NCBI GenBank assembly: GCA_027923505.1
Contig: BROI01000002.1
Span: 1,798,001 to 1,862,000, forward strand
Source of the DNA: Mayamaea pseudoterrestris
Lineage: Eukaryota
DNA length: 64,000 nucleotides
Direction: 5' to 3'
The position numbers and the translations under genes are program-made. The notes under the pieces are model-generated. The model worked only from the letters and a program-made list of their open reading frames with translations. It searched no databases and was not told the origin of the DNA. Shown piece after piece: positions 1-13,080 of this stretch. Within the stretch, counting starts at the first letter, position 1; each line of letters begins with the position of its first letter.

Positions 1-3000
1 TTACATTCATGTTTGTTGACATGATGGGCTAGGCATTTTGATACATGCACCTTATTATCCACACCATGGATGCTATAGGTGATACTTGGCAGATCCAACA
101 ACTTGTTGGATCTGCGAGCAGTGCACCTCAAGAGGCAAGCCAGACTGCCGGAATGACCCACAGAGCCTAGAATACAACAAACATGAAGTTTAATAGTGAA
201 TGGGACTGCTAGTTTTGTTGTTTTGGGTGTGGAACCCATCACCGTGCCAGGAGTTTCCGCACATTCAACAAATGGTTGAATGTGCCAGCAGTGCACCCTT
301 TTTGGCTACAGGGATCATCAGCATTGCCTGCTGAGCCCTCCAATCCCTTTCCATTCATGTTTGTTGACATGATGGGCTAGGCATTTTGACACATGCACCT
401 CATTATCCACACCATGGATGCTATTGGTGATACTTGGCAGATCCAGCAACTTGTTGGATCTGCGAGCAGTGCACCTCAAGAGGCAAGCCAGACTGCCGGA
501 ATGGCCCACAGAGCCTAGAATACAACTAACATGAAGTTTAATAGTGAATGGGACTGATTGTCTTGTTGTTTTGGGTGTGGAACCCATCACCATGCCAGGA
601 AACTCTGCACATTCAACCTATGGTTGAATGTGCCAGCAGTGCACCCTTTTTGGCTACAGGGATCATCAGCATTGCCTGCTGAGCCCTCCAATCCATTTCC
701 ACTCATGTTTGTTGACATGATGGGCTAGGCATTTTGACACATGCACCTCATTATCCACACCATGGATGCTATTGGTGATACTTGGCAGATCCAGCAACTT
801 GTTGGATCTGCGAGCAGTGCACCTCAAGAGGCAAGCCAGACTGCCGGAATGGCCCACAGAGCCTAGAATACAACTAACATGAAGTTTAATAGTGAATGGG
901 ACTGCTAGTCTTGTCGTTTTGGGTGTGGAACCCATCACCATGCCAGGAAACTCCGCACATTCAACAAATGGTTGAATGTGCCAGCAGTGCACCCTTTTTG
1001 GCTACAGGGATCATCAGCATTGCCTGCTGAGCCCTCCAATCCCTTTCCATTCATGTATGTTGACATGATGAGCTAGGCATTTTGACACATGCACCTCATT
1101 ATCCACACCATGGATGCTATGGGTGATACTTGGCAGATCCAGCAACTTGTTGGATCTGCGAGCAGTGCACCTCAAGAGGCAAGCCAGACGGCTGGAATGG
1201 CCCACATAGCCTAGAATACAACTAACATGAAGTTTAATAGTGAATAGGACTTATAGTCTTGTCATTTTGGGTGTGGAACACATCACCATGCCAGGAAACT
1301 CTGCACATTCAACAAATGGTTGAATGTGCCAGCAGTGCACCCTTTTTGGCTACAGGGATCATCAGCATTGCCTGCTGAGCCCTCCAATCCCTTTCCATTC
1401 ATGTTTGTTGACATGATGGGCTAGGCATTTTGACACATGCACCTCATTATCCATCACCATGGATGCTATTGGTGATACTTGGCAGATCCAGCAACTTGTT
1501 GGATCTGCGAGCAGTGCACCTCAAGAGGCAAGCCAGACTGCCGGAATGGCCCACATAGCCTAGAATACAACTAACATGAAGTTTAATAGTGAATGGGACT
1601 GATAGTCTTGTCGTTTTGGGTGTGGAACCCATCACCATGCCAGGAAACTCCGCACATTCAACAAATGGTTGAATGTGCCAGCAGTGCACCCTTTTTGGCT
1701 ACAGGGATCATCAGCATTGCCTGCTGAGCCCTCCAATCCCTTTCCATTCATGTTTGTTGACATGATGGGCTAGGCATTTTGACACATGCACCTCATTATC
1801 CACACCATGGATGCTATTGGTAATACTTGGCAGATCCAGCAACATGTTGGGTCTGCGAGCAGCGCACCTCAAAAGGCAAGCCAGAATGCCGGAATGGCAC
1901 ACAGACCCTAGAATACAACTATCATGAAGTTTAATAGTGAATGGGACCAATAGTCTTGTCGTTTTGGGTGTGGAACCCATCACCATGCCAGGAAACTCCG
2001 CACATTCAACAAATGGTTGAATGTGCCAGCAGTGCACCCTTTTTGGCTACAGGGATCATCAGCATTGCCTGCTGAGCCCTCCAATCCCTTTCCATTCATG
2101 TTTGTTGACATGATGGGCTAGGCATCTTGACACATGCACCTTATTATCCATTACCATGGATGCTATTGGTGATACTTGGCAGATCCAGCAACTTGTTGGA
2201 TCTGCGAGCAGTGCACCTCAAGAGGCAAGCCGGACTGCCGGAATGGCCCACCGACCCTAGAATCCAACTAATAAGATTTTTAAGAGTGAATGGGACTGAT
2301 AGTCTTGTCGTTTTGGGTGTGGAACCCATCACCATGCCAGGAGACTCCGCACATTCAACAAATGGTTGAATGTGCCAGCAGTGCACCCTTTTTGGCCACA
2401 GGGATCATCAGCATTGCCTGCTGAGCCCTCCAATCCCTTTCCATACCTGTTTGTTGACATGATGGGCTAGGCATTTTGACACATGCACCTCATTATCCAC
2501 ACCATGGATGGTATTGGTGATACTTGGCAGATCCAGCAACTTGTTGGATCTGCAAGCAGTGCACCTCAAGAGGCAAGCCAGACTGCCGGAATGGCCCACA
2601 TAGCCTAGAACACACCTAACATGAAGTTAAATAGTGAATGAGACCAATAGTCTTGTTGTTTTGGGTGTGGAACCCAGCATCATGCCAGGAGACTCCGCAC
2701 ATTCAACAAATGGTTTAATGTGCCAGCAGTGCACCCTTTTTGGCTGCAGGGATCATCAGCATTGCCTGCACAGCCCTCCAATTTTTTTTCATTCATGTTT
2801 GTTGACATGATGGGCTAGGCATTTTGACACATGCATTTTCATTATCCACACCATGGATGGTATTGGTGATACTTGGCAGATCCAGCAACTTGTTGGATCT
2901 GCAAGCAGTGCACCTCAAGAGGCAAGCCAGACGGCTGGAATGGCCCACCGACCCTAGAATATAACAATCATGGATCTTAACATTGACTGTGAATGGGACT

Positions 3001-3025
3001 GATAGTTTTGTCATTGATGGTGTGA
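1..3025. repeat. 348-bp tandem repeat (satellite E), ~8.7 copies, runs off the window start; ancient dimer of ~170+178-bp subunits
   Basis: Marker GGCTACAGGGATCATCAGC (or close variant) recurs at 304, 652, 1000, 1348, 1697, 2045, 2394, 2742 (period 348-349). Each unit has two related 27-bp dyads, 170 and 178 bp apart. Confidence 0.97.
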
Positions 3026-3262
3026 AAACTTTTGACTCAAACTGAAGAGCAGCTGAATTTTGGTCATCCTCGAGTTTGTCGTACTGGTTACTTTAAGCCA
3101 CTGCGACGGCTTGGATCTCGAGGCGCGCCGTTCGTCTCGTTTTGATCCACCATGAGATGCTGTTCCAGAGCTTGCAGCAATCGCAAAATAAGCTGCTCGG
3201 GGCTATCAAACACTCCATGCGCGAGTAAGACTCTCCCAGCTCATTCTTAAGACTAAGCCAAC

Positions 3263-5092
3263 ATGAATCGATTCGGCCGAAACGCTCGTGAGGATCCTCG
3301 ACGAGCCATGACGCAGCGCATGCAAGCTCACTCCGTCCAGCTGCGCAAGCGCCGCAAGGAGGAGCGTCTGACGGCGAGACGGCTACTTGGAACAACTGTC
3401 ATGAATGATGATATAGCTGCAGCTGCAAACGATGGGTCAAATGCCATGATATTGGCTCCATCTCTGATCATTCGATACTTTTTGGAACATCCCTTTGACT
3501 TGCAGCATTTTGCGAATCTACAAGAGCTTGTCGCAAGTCAACAGGGAAGGGAATATCTACTGCAAATGATTGCAGACAATGCTGATATTTGCAAAAATGT
3601 TGTTTCGCAGCTCTCAGCAAGTCTACAAAAGCCGGCATACCAACGAATCGTATTGACGATTCTTCAAGAAATTGCCATGATGACGAAGAACTTTGCGTCT
3701 TTAACCGAAGACTACTACGGACGGCAACCACTTTCTTGGCAAATTCTCATGACACGAGATTCACTGCTGCTGCCATCACTACTCTCGCTTCCAACTGATT
3801 CTGGAGATCCTCAAACAAGTCTCCAAACAGCCGCACTAACAACGCTTGGCATGTTGGTGCAGCAGCAATCATCTTCGAGTGCCGCTATTGCGTTTTGTTT
3901 GAACCATTGGGTAGACTACTTGCTGCAAGCATTGCCGAGCTCGAGTTTTTGCTGCGCCGCAGTGCTGCGGCAGGATGCAACGACCTACGGCATGCAGTTT
4001 TTTTCAGAGCCGTTTCAAAACGCAAACTATTTGATGGCGTTGTTTCAATGCCAAGGGAATGATTCTGATGACTCTGAACAAAATTCCCGAACCATTGTCC
4101 ATGCGGCATGGATGCTGCAGGGATTATCGTTTCGAGAGGATGCCGTCGTTGACTTTATTTGTCGCGATGCTGCCCTTTTTGACACGGTCCTCCAGGCCTT
4201 TAATCATGCGACTATCAATGACGACCAACAACTGTCAGTTCCACTGTTACAAGCCTTTTGCAATCTGGCCACGGCCTGCCATGGGAAGTACGTGAGCTTG
4301 TTCTTATCGCGACCTGATTTTGTCGAGTCACTGTCGCGACTACTTTACGAAGGAAGAATAATGGATTCAGTTCCCATGGCGGGTAGCCTGCTCGTGGATT
4401 ACGGACTGGAGCAGCATCCATCGACAACGATTGCAGGTCCAGCCCTGTTGCCGGGGCTGGTGCAAGCTCTGCTGCATGTCAAGTATGATTGGAGAGCGCA
4501 GGCAGTGGCGGCCATTGCGACGGCATTTGATGTATCGACGCTGCAGCCACCCGACCATGTTCCTCTTACATTGCCGCAGTCACCGACACCAGCCTACAAC
4601 CTGAAAATCATTTATGCGGCCGCCGAGCAAGTACTATGGCGAACTGCCTCCTTGCGAGTTCCAATACTCGAGTCAATCGCAACCTTGATACGACCCAACG
4701 ACATGAACGCAACTTTTGGTGCGCTTGCCGTGCTGGACTTGCTGTTTCAGTGCCTCCTCGAAAGCCGCGTATTGTTTGAAAGCGTTCAAGGCCCTCGCCG
4801 GCTGGATGAGCTTTGCAATCATTACGGCAGTGGTGAGTCGCTTGGATCTGATCTAGCCGAAGCGCAAGCCATTGCGGCACATTTGCTCGACCTCTATTTT
4901 AACGACTCGGAGGATGAGGATGACAATGAGGACAATTATGATGGCTCAACGAAGCAGACGGCGATGAACAGTCAATTTACCTTTGATTTGACACCGGTTA
5001 ATAACTTTTCGATGCAACAGTCATTCAACGAACCTACGGCGTCAGCTCAAGGGCGTGGTCGCGGTCGCACCTTGCCTGCCTGGATGCAATAA
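3263..5092 (+). CDS. Importin-alpha-like ARM/HEAT-repeat protein with N-terminal IBB-like motif (IMPA9/TMCO6-like)
   Basis: 609-aa single-exon ORF; basic IBB-like SVQLRKRRKEERLTARR; helical Leu-rich body; acidic tail after LLDLYF. Confidence 0.65.
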   Translation: MNRFGRNAREDPRRAMTQRMQAHSVQLRKRRKEERLTARRLLGTTVMNDDIAAAANDGSNAMILAPSLIIRYFLEHPFDLQHFANLQELVASQQGREYLLQMIADNADICKNVVSQLSASLQKPAYQRIVLTILQEIAMMTKNFASLTEDYYGRQPLSWQILMTRDSLLLPSLLSLPTDSGDPQTSLQTAALTTLGMLVQQQSSSSAAIAFCLNHWVDYLLQALPSSSFCCAAVLRQDATTYGMQFFSEPFQNANYLMALFQCQGNDSDDSEQNSRTIVHAAWMLQGLSFREDAVVDFICRDAALFDTVLQAFNHATINDDQQLSVPLLQAFCNLATACHGKYVSLFLSRPDFVESLSRLLYEGRIMDSVPMAGSLLVDYGLEQHPSTTIAGPALLPGLVQALLHVKYDWRAQAVAAIATAFDVSTLQPPDHVPLTLPQSPTPAYNLKIIYAAAEQVLWRTASLRVPILESIATLIRPNDMNATFGALAVLDLLFQCLLESRVLFESVQGPRRLDELCNHYGSGESLGSDLAEAQAIAAHLLDLYFNDSEDEDDNEDNYDGSTKQTAMNSQFTFDLTPVNNFSMQQSFNEPTASAQGRGRGRTLPAWMQ

Positions 5093-5355
5093 TAAGAACC
5101 CAATCAATGCAAAACGGTAGACGATATATTTTCACATAGAGCTACTAAATAACTGGTGGCCTATATATAACCTCATACTAATGCCATTACATTCATCACA
5201 TACATCACAAATAGCAGCGACAGAACCCAGCATGGTTCATGCACCAGTCGTTCCGTTGACTGGTTGTTGCATTTTCACATTTGTCTACACATCACAGTTC
5301 CTACAATACCGTTTCACTCCGCCTAACAAGTGGATCATGCACCATCATGTGTGCA

Positions 5356-6753
5356 TCATCTCGAAATATGCCACGCCTTTAATGGATCCGGTCCATGAAT
5401 CCGAATTGACCCAAGCATTTGCTCCGGCAGCTCTTCCGGCGTGTCGCCCTGAATCACCAAACCAATGTCCACCGTCAGTGCGCTCATGTAGCGCCGGCAA
5501 ACGCTGACAATGCGCTTGGCCGTCGCACTGCCCGAACCAATGTCCAGTGTGCTCATTATTAATGGCTGCTGCTCATGCAAATGACCATTCGCAGCAACAC
5601 TTGGATGCAACACATGCTGCACCGGCAACTTCTTTCCAATAATCGCCGGCGTTCCCGTCACCAACTTGCGGACCACCCATGGTCCTTCTGCGACCAATGG
5701 AATGAGCTTGAGTCGCTCATTCTTGTAGTCGTCATTGCCCATGAGCCACTTGGCCAGCGTTCGTTCGGCAGTCGAAAGCTTGGCGTCAAGCTTGATTGGT
5801 GTGGCACACATGTAGGGAGCGAGCTTCGTTGGAACATGCCAGTAGAGCACCATGACACCCCACGGAAACTGAAAGTTGATTGCCAAGGTTGGTTCGGATC
5901 GCAAACGTCCCTCCAAAACCAAGTGGAGTCTGATTGGAAGAAGGTAAACAAGGCATAACGTTAGTATTCCTGATGCAGCGAACAGAGACATTCGCAACCC
6001 GCTTTCTACTGTATCACTTTCATAAACTCACTTGTCATGAATCATGGACAATCGTCCTCCCCCAGTTTCCTCCGGCGCACCATGCGTGTTCAGCAGCAGC
6101 AAGTCGCATCCCCGCGCCGTGAGCATGAAGGGACCACTCGTCGTTTTTTGGCGCCCATTCGTCAAATAGTGTTCCGAGCGCACCTTGAAGAGGCTAATGG
6201 GCGGCTCGCTCCAGCAGTTGCGGTTGCGCGTCGCCGAGACGGGAAAGCGAGGAAAGGTTGGCAGTGGAGCAACGTCCGTGGTAGTGGCGCCACTAGACGT
6301 GACTGACTTGTTGGACGCGGCAACGTCAACTTGCTGCTGCTGCGTCATCCAGAATCGTTTCGAGTCATTGTCATCAATGCCATTGCTGTCGTCGTTGTCA
6401 TCATCATCCTGCTCCTGCGCGTCAAACGGATCACTCATGGCGCGTTGGTGCAGGCGGTGCTTGAGCGACTTGATTGACGATGAATCCGAGCAAGACGTGG
6501 TTGTTGACGTGGTGGTTGGAGAAGAGCTGCGATCTTGAATAGCCTTATCCAAGACAATGTCACGGTGACTTTCATTTTGAGACGCTCGCTCCTGCGATCG
6601 AGCCCTTGGTGGCGGCGAGTTGATGTGATGTTCGGCCCGACGCGAAACGGAGGCGCGAAACATATTGCCCGTCTGCTGCTTGTCGTCGTCTTCGTTAACG
6701 CTGTGATCGACAGTTCCACAGGCAAAGCAACTCAATGAATCGAGTGCAGTCAT
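5356..6753 (-). CDS. EDR2 C-terminal domain (DUF1336) protein; exons 6753-6032 and 5929-5356 (~431 aa)
   Basis: Motifs NCWSEP..FKVRSEHYL, KNERLKLIP.VAEGPWVV, D.GLVIQG....ELPEQMLG. Intron 5930-6031 has a GTGAGT donor, TACTAAC branch point and CAG acceptor, and joins the two ORFs in frame. Confidence 0.88.
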
Positions 6754-7239
6754 GTATGTATACGTGCAGTTGCTTATTCCTTGAAAAAGCTTATTGGCAC
6801 GACTTGTATAAATCGATGTCTTTCGCAGAACAAATTGATGGATGGATGAATCGATGAAGATGAAACAGCTTTCGATCAATCAGCCTCCACTTCTAGCCAA
6901 CCCAGATTCTATTAAGCTTAACAGCAGCAACTGATGCAAGAGTTTAAGAGCTACTGTGTATAAAAACTTGGCTTGCGTTTCCATGCAAGGACTTTGGAAG
7001 AGGCGCGCCGCAAGCGATGCGTTGGAGGGAAATTGTGTGTGCGACACGCGCGAAATTTCACCTCGCCGCAAAATCGCTCAATCGTGACGTCACAATGACT
7101 CATTTAGAACCGCTAAGACTTGCAAAGAGTGTCGCAGGATCCCAGTCGACCACCATGGCGCTCGGTCCACACAAAACGCTGCTCTGCTAGTTAATTGCAG
7201 CAGCGCGTCTCTCTGATTCTGGCTAGCGTACAAATAGAC

Positions 7240-7918
7240 ATGGTGAGTAAGCCATTGAATTATGTTTGCGTCAGAGTGCTTGTAGCTGGATTATTCACTT
7301 CTACATAATGAACCTCTTTTTCTCGCTCTCATTCACTCTCACTCTCGTTCCACTTCACACACACAGCTCCCACTCACTCTACTGAAAGCAGCTACTGGCT
7401 CTCCCATTCTCGTCGAACTCAAGGACGGCGACACATACAATGGTCGCCTGCAGTCGTGTGACGCGTGGATGAACATGAATCTGGGTGGCGGCGCCGACGT
7501 GATTTGCACCAGCTCCTCGGGCGAATCCTTCACCAAGCTTCCGCAAGGAATTTATATCAGAGGATCGAGCATTAAGTACTTGAGACTGCCGCCAACGGTA
7601 CTGGAGCAAGCGGCGCAACTGGAAGTGACGCAGCAGCAAGAGTATCAAGCGGGAAGAAGTAGTGGACGAGGATCAAGAGGTGGTGGACGACAGTTTGGCG
7701 GTCGAAGTAGTAGTAACAATCGAGATGGAGGAGGAGGACGCGGAGGAAGGGAAGGCGGTCGCGGAGGGAGAGATGGAGGTGGGCGTGGAAGAGGAAGTGG
7801 CGGACGAGGGAGGAGTAGCGATGGCGGCGGTCGAGGCGGACGTGGGGGAAGCAGCAGTCGAGGTGGAGGACGAGGCGGACGAACCTCCGAGTCGGGACGA
7901 ACGCTTGCGCCGTCATGA
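7240..7918 (+). CDS. LSM4: U6 snRNA-associated Sm-like protein LSm4; exons 7240-7242 (ATG only) and 7367-7918
   Basis: Spliced product MLPLTLLKAATGSPILVELKDGDTYNGRLQSCDAWMNMNL...YIRGSSIKYLRLP plus an RGG-rich tail; intron GTGAGT...CACAG. Confidence 0.93.
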
Positions 7919-8317
7919 TGTGACAATTTGTAATTCATTAATTATTGATAGCATATATGATGATTATATGATATGCATTTTTATGTTATCTTCTACATTC
8001 GACACATTAATCCATATCGTTCTTCCGCATGGCGATGTAGGTATTGTATTCCCACTCGCCGCTTACGAAATCTGCATGCTGCAAAGGAAACTTGTTAAAC
8101 CTTTGTTCCCCATCCATTCTATTGTTGATTCAAATCTATTACTCGAATTATGATGTACGCATAGCCATCGCTACGATCAACTTCGTTTAGCTGAGATGCA
8201 AACTCATAAATGCAAAATCACATCAATATGATATACCTAACGCAAGCAAAGCAGACTAGTAGAATGTTTTAAAGTATATATGCAAGACAAGAAACAAGAA
8301 AATGCTGCGCAAAGCAA

Positions 8318-10166
8318 CTAAAAGTACTCGTCCGAGGGACGAATGGCAGCAGTACTCTTGCTTCGCGGCGACATTTCCCTTGGTGGCTTGTAGTCGCTGC
8401 TGCTGGCGCGCTTGCTGGATAAACTCTTGGAACTGCTGCGACTCTTGCTGCGAGACGACTTGCGGCCCTCCGACTTGGATCGAGACGACCGAAAGACGCC
8501 GTCGCCAGCCTTGTGACTCTTGCGCGACTTGCGGCTTCTGCCTCCATCGTCGTCGTCATCCGTAAGCAGCCGTCGGCTTCGAGACGTTTCTCGATATCGT
8601 GATCTTCGTGCCACGGCAAACGCCAGAAAGGTTGCCACAAACAGCAAAAACGATGCCGTCAGTGCAACGTTTGCAAGAAGCTTTTGAATTGCCGATTCTT
8701 GCGGCGCGGCCGAGTAGCCCGTCGCCGTTGAAGTAACCGTTCCAGAGTAAAAGCCCGAAATTGTCTTGCCAAAGGTTGTATCTCCATACTTGACCTGCAG
8801 AATGGTTCCTTGCGCATGAGCCAATGAAATGCATTCCGCCTCGCATGTGTAAGAGTCGTGCGAGTAAAACTTCCAGCACTGGTTGATCAAGTCTTCGTCG
8901 TCCTTTCCATCGTCTCCGATAAAGTAACCATCCTGGTAGGTCGGATAGTCGACGCAGGACGTGCAGTACTTGAAATCCTCGTAGACATCGTTCAGTTGCG
9001 TGAGCGTGTATTCCTGCGTATCATACCACCAGTCATAGGCCCAGCTGTAGGAATTGTCGTCATCCGTATTGTCCTTGCTTCCCAAGTCAATGTCGCTCTG
9101 CATGCCAAAGTCGTCATACGTCATGCCCGACGACGTGTCTGGCGTAATGCAGTACTCATCCGTGTAGAGACCCATTTGGAACTTGGCGTAGGCCGTTGGC
9201 ATGACTCCAGCATATAGTGTATTGCCACTGCTGTCGTAACCAATCTGCCGGCAGTCCTCGTCCGTCATGTACGAGAGTCCAGCGAGTGCAACAACGTACT
9301 CGTACTCATCAATAGCCCAAACGTGCTTTGAGATTTGCTCAATGTACTGGTAAAACTCTTGCCGGTAAACGCCAAGCAACACCCATTCAGTGTCTGGATT
9401 GTGACAATCCAACATGCTCGCTGGATCATCTCCATAGTACTCGTCGTACTCGCCGCCTTGGTAGTTTGGATTGACGTACTGCACAAAGAGGGAGATGGAG
9501 TATAATTGAGTAAAAGGACAATAGCAAGTCTCATGTGTATCGCGCATTAACAGGAACGATGATACTCACAGCAGCCCAAAGCATCCACCTTGAACAAGCC
9601 TGTCCATCATTTCCATTCTTATCATTGGAATGCGAATCCTCTTTATCGTGATCGCAGTCGACAAAGCCTCCAAGCATGCGATACGCTTGCGCCCACTTGT
9701 CGTAGTCCGCACTGGGATCCGCCAAGTAATTGGCAGAATGCGTCATGCTACTCGATCCGCCACTGGAGAACCAACTGAGATTGCGACTGCGCAGCGTCTC
9801 CAGCTGCGTTTCCGACAGCTGCTCCAATTGACTCGCCGGAGGCTTGATGGAGCGCTTCTGCAGCCACTCGCGCGCCTTGACGCGGCGCTCCTGCATGCGC
9901 CGCTTGCGCGCCTCCACCTCAAACGTCACCTCCACTTCGGCAATGCGAAACTGATTCGTCGCATTGCTATGCTTGTCAAAGGTTTCCATGGTTCCAGACT
10001 GACTGAGAAGAGTATTGGAGCGTGGTAGCGGCTTGTGTAAATGGTTTCGTTGAAGGCTTGCTGCAGCAGCACCTTCCGGATAGATACTGCTTGCTGCAGC
10101 AGATACATTCACTGCGACGAGCAGCAGCAGTATTATTGATGATTGAAGAGCTATGCAAGTCGTCAT
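8318..10166 (-). CDS. Type I membrane protein (signal peptide, RXL motif, Cys/Tyr/Asp-rich ectodomain, TM, Ser/Arg/Lys tail), possibly silicanin-like; exons 10166-9570 and 9478-8318 (~585 aa)
   Basis: Two ORFs joined in frame by intron 9479-9569 (GTGAGT...TGCAG); signal IILLLLVAVNVSA; RNL motif; TM VALTASFLLFVATFLAFAVA. Confidence 0.8.
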
Positions 10167-10572
10167 GATGGTAGCCGTCAATGGCAAGCGAGAAGACGGT
10201 CGAGACGAACAGTCGCTCTCACTGCCGAACGTGTGGTTGCAGTCTCTGCAGCGTGATGGCAAGTCCGCCATGGTCGAAACGCTGTGTGTGGTCGATGCAC
10301 GCCGCGTGAACCCTCGTTTGGTTCGCCGATGCGGCGTCCGTTGAGTTCGGCGAGGAAAGGTATCTTTGGCGTCTCTCGACGCGTGGTGTCGAGGTCTGTC
10401 CGTGGCTAGAAACCAAATCGTACCGTTACTGACATTTGCAACGACATGACGTAAACAAGGTTGGGTGCTCCCGTCGGCACTGACTTTGAAGTTGGGTGAA
10501 AGGTTGGAATATCAGTGGGCTGCTGAGATGTATGAAATACTGCTAACTTTACCAATTGCAAAGCGTTTAAGA

Positions 10573-13080
10573 AGCTGAACCCCAATCTGCCTGCCAGCCA
10601 CCACCACCAACCCCACCCAACCCCGGTCATTTTACTAAAGGGTTTGAAGGTATACCATTAAATTGCATATCCTGCATCCTTTATACATGCCTAGTAACCG
10701 CAGAGACTCAGTTTGAAGCTGGCTGGCACATTCCTATGGCTTTTGAGTGTGTTTGTTTTGAATAGCTGAAACCATGGCTGAACCCAACCCCGGTCATTTT
10801 ACTGGAGGGTTTGAAGATATACCATTGAATGGATTGCAGATCCTGCATCCTTTGAGCATTCCTAGCAACCGCAGTGCCCCATATTGAAGCTGGATGGCCC
10901 ATGGCTATGGCTATTGAGTGTGTTTGTAATTGAGTAGCTGAAACCATTGCTGAACCAACCCTGGTCATTTTCCTGGAGGGTTTGAAGGTATACCATTGAA
11001 TGGATTGCACATCCTGCATCTTTAATTCATGCCTAGCAATCATAGAGACTCAGAAGACTCATATTGAAGCCGGCTGGCTCATGGCTATGGCTACTGAGTG
11101 TGTCTGTATTTAATTATAGCTGAAATTATTGCTGAACCCAACCCTGGTCATTTTACTGGAGGGTTTGAAGGTATACGGATGAATGGATTGCACATCCTGG
11201 ATCTTTAATCCATGCCTAGCAACCGCAAAGACTCATATTGAAGCTGGATGGCCCGTGGCTATGGCTATTGAGTGTGTTTGAATAGCTGTAACCCATGAGC
11301 CTGCCAGCCACCACAAATCCCCACCCAACCCCGGTCATTTTACTGGAGGGTTTGAAGGTATACCATTGAATGGATTGCACATCCTGGATCTTTAATCCAT
11401 GCCTAGCAACCGCAGAGACTCATATTGAAGCAGGCTGGCTCATGGCTATGGCTATTGAGTGTGTTTATATTTGAGTAGCTGAAACCATGGCTGAACCCAA
11501 CCCCGGTCATTTTATTGGAGGGTTTGAAGGTATACCAATGAATGGATTGCACATCCTGCATCCTTTATTCGTGCCTAGCAACCGCAGAGACTCAGATTAA
11601 AGCTGACTGGTACATGCCTACAATATGGCTATTGAGTGTGTTTATATTTGAGTATCTGGACCCATGCCAAACCCAACCCCGGTCATGTTACTGCAGGAGT
11701 TGTAGGTATACCATTGAATGGATTGCACATCCTGCATCCTTCAAGCATTCCTAGCAACCGCAGAGACTCATATTGAAGCTGGATGGCCCAAGGCTATGGC
11801 TATTGAGTGTGTTTGAATAGCTGAAACCATGTGTCTGCCAGACACCACCAAACCCCACACAACCCCTGTCATTTTACTGGAGGGTGTGAAGGTAAACCAT
11901 TGAACGGATTGCAAATCCTACATCCATTATCCTTGCCTTGCAACTGCAGAGACTCATATTGAAGCAGACTGGCTCATGGCTCTGGCTATTGAGTGTGTTT
12001 GTATCTGAATAGCTGAAACCATGGCTGAACCCAACCCCGGTCATTTTACTGGAGGGTTTGCAGGTATACCATTGAATGGATTGCACATCCTGCATCCTTT
12101 ATGCATGCCTAGCAACCGCAGAGACTCGTATTGAAGCTGGCTGGCACATGGCTATGGCTATTGAGTGTGTTTGAATAGCTGAAACCCATGTGCCTGCCAG
12201 CCACCACCAAACCCCACCCAACCCCGGTCATTTTACTGGAGGGTGTGAAGGTAAACCATTGAACGGATTGCACATCCTACATCCATAATCCATGCCTTGC
12301 AACTGCAGAGACTCATATTGAAGCTGGATGGCCCGAGGATAGGACTATTGAGTGTGTTTGTATTTTAATAGCTGAAACCATTGATGAACCCAACCCCAAT
12401 CATTTTACTGGAGGGTTTGAAGGTATACCATTGCATGGATTGCACATTCTGCATTCTTTATGCATGCTTAGCAACAGCAGATTCAGATTGAAGCTGGCTG
12501 GCACATGGTTATGTCTGTTGAGTGTGTTTATATTTGAGGAGCTGGACCCATGCCGAACCCAACCCCGGTCCTTTTCCTGGAGGAGTTGTAGGTATACCAT
12601 TGCATGGATTGCACATCCTGCATCCTTAATGCGTGCCTAGCAACCGCAGAGACACATATTTAAGCTGGCTGGCCCGTGGCTAGGGCTATTGAGTGTGTTT
12701 GTATCTGAGTAGCTGAAACCCATGCTGAAACTAACCCCGGTCATTTTCCTGGAGGGTTTGTAGGAAAAAATTTGAATGGATTGCACATCCTGCATCTTTA
12801 ATCCATGCCTAGCAACCGCAGAGACTCATATTGAAGCAGGCTGGCTCATGGCTATGGCTATTGAGTGTGTTTGTATTTGAGTAGCTGGACCCACGGCTGT
12901 ACCCAACCCCGTTCATTTTACTGGAGGGTTTGAAGGTATACCATTGAAAGGATTGCACATCCTGCATCCTTAAAGTATTTCTAGCAGCCGCAGGGACTCA
13001 TATTGAAGCTAGATGGCCCATGGCTATGGCTATTGAGTGTGTTTGACAGTGAATAGCTGAAACCCAGGTGCCTGCCAGCC
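10573..13080. repeat. Satellite B, left array: 172-bp monomers with ~187-bp variants, ~14 copies
   Basis: GGTATACCATTGAATGGATTGCACATCCTG recurs at spacings of ~172 (11354->11526) and 187 (11167->11354). Confidence 0.96.

Noticed and set aside
291..323. Hammerhead ribozyme (retrozyme) in the 348-bp repeat: minus-strand CUGAUGA followed by a CCCU/AGGG stem
   Set aside because: The required GAAA after stem II is absent (GCAC instead). I found no hammerhead cores by eye in the A or B monomers either.
7572..8153. Pro-rich and Glu-rich alternative ORFs over LSM4
   Set aside because: Shadow frames of the RGG-coding tail.
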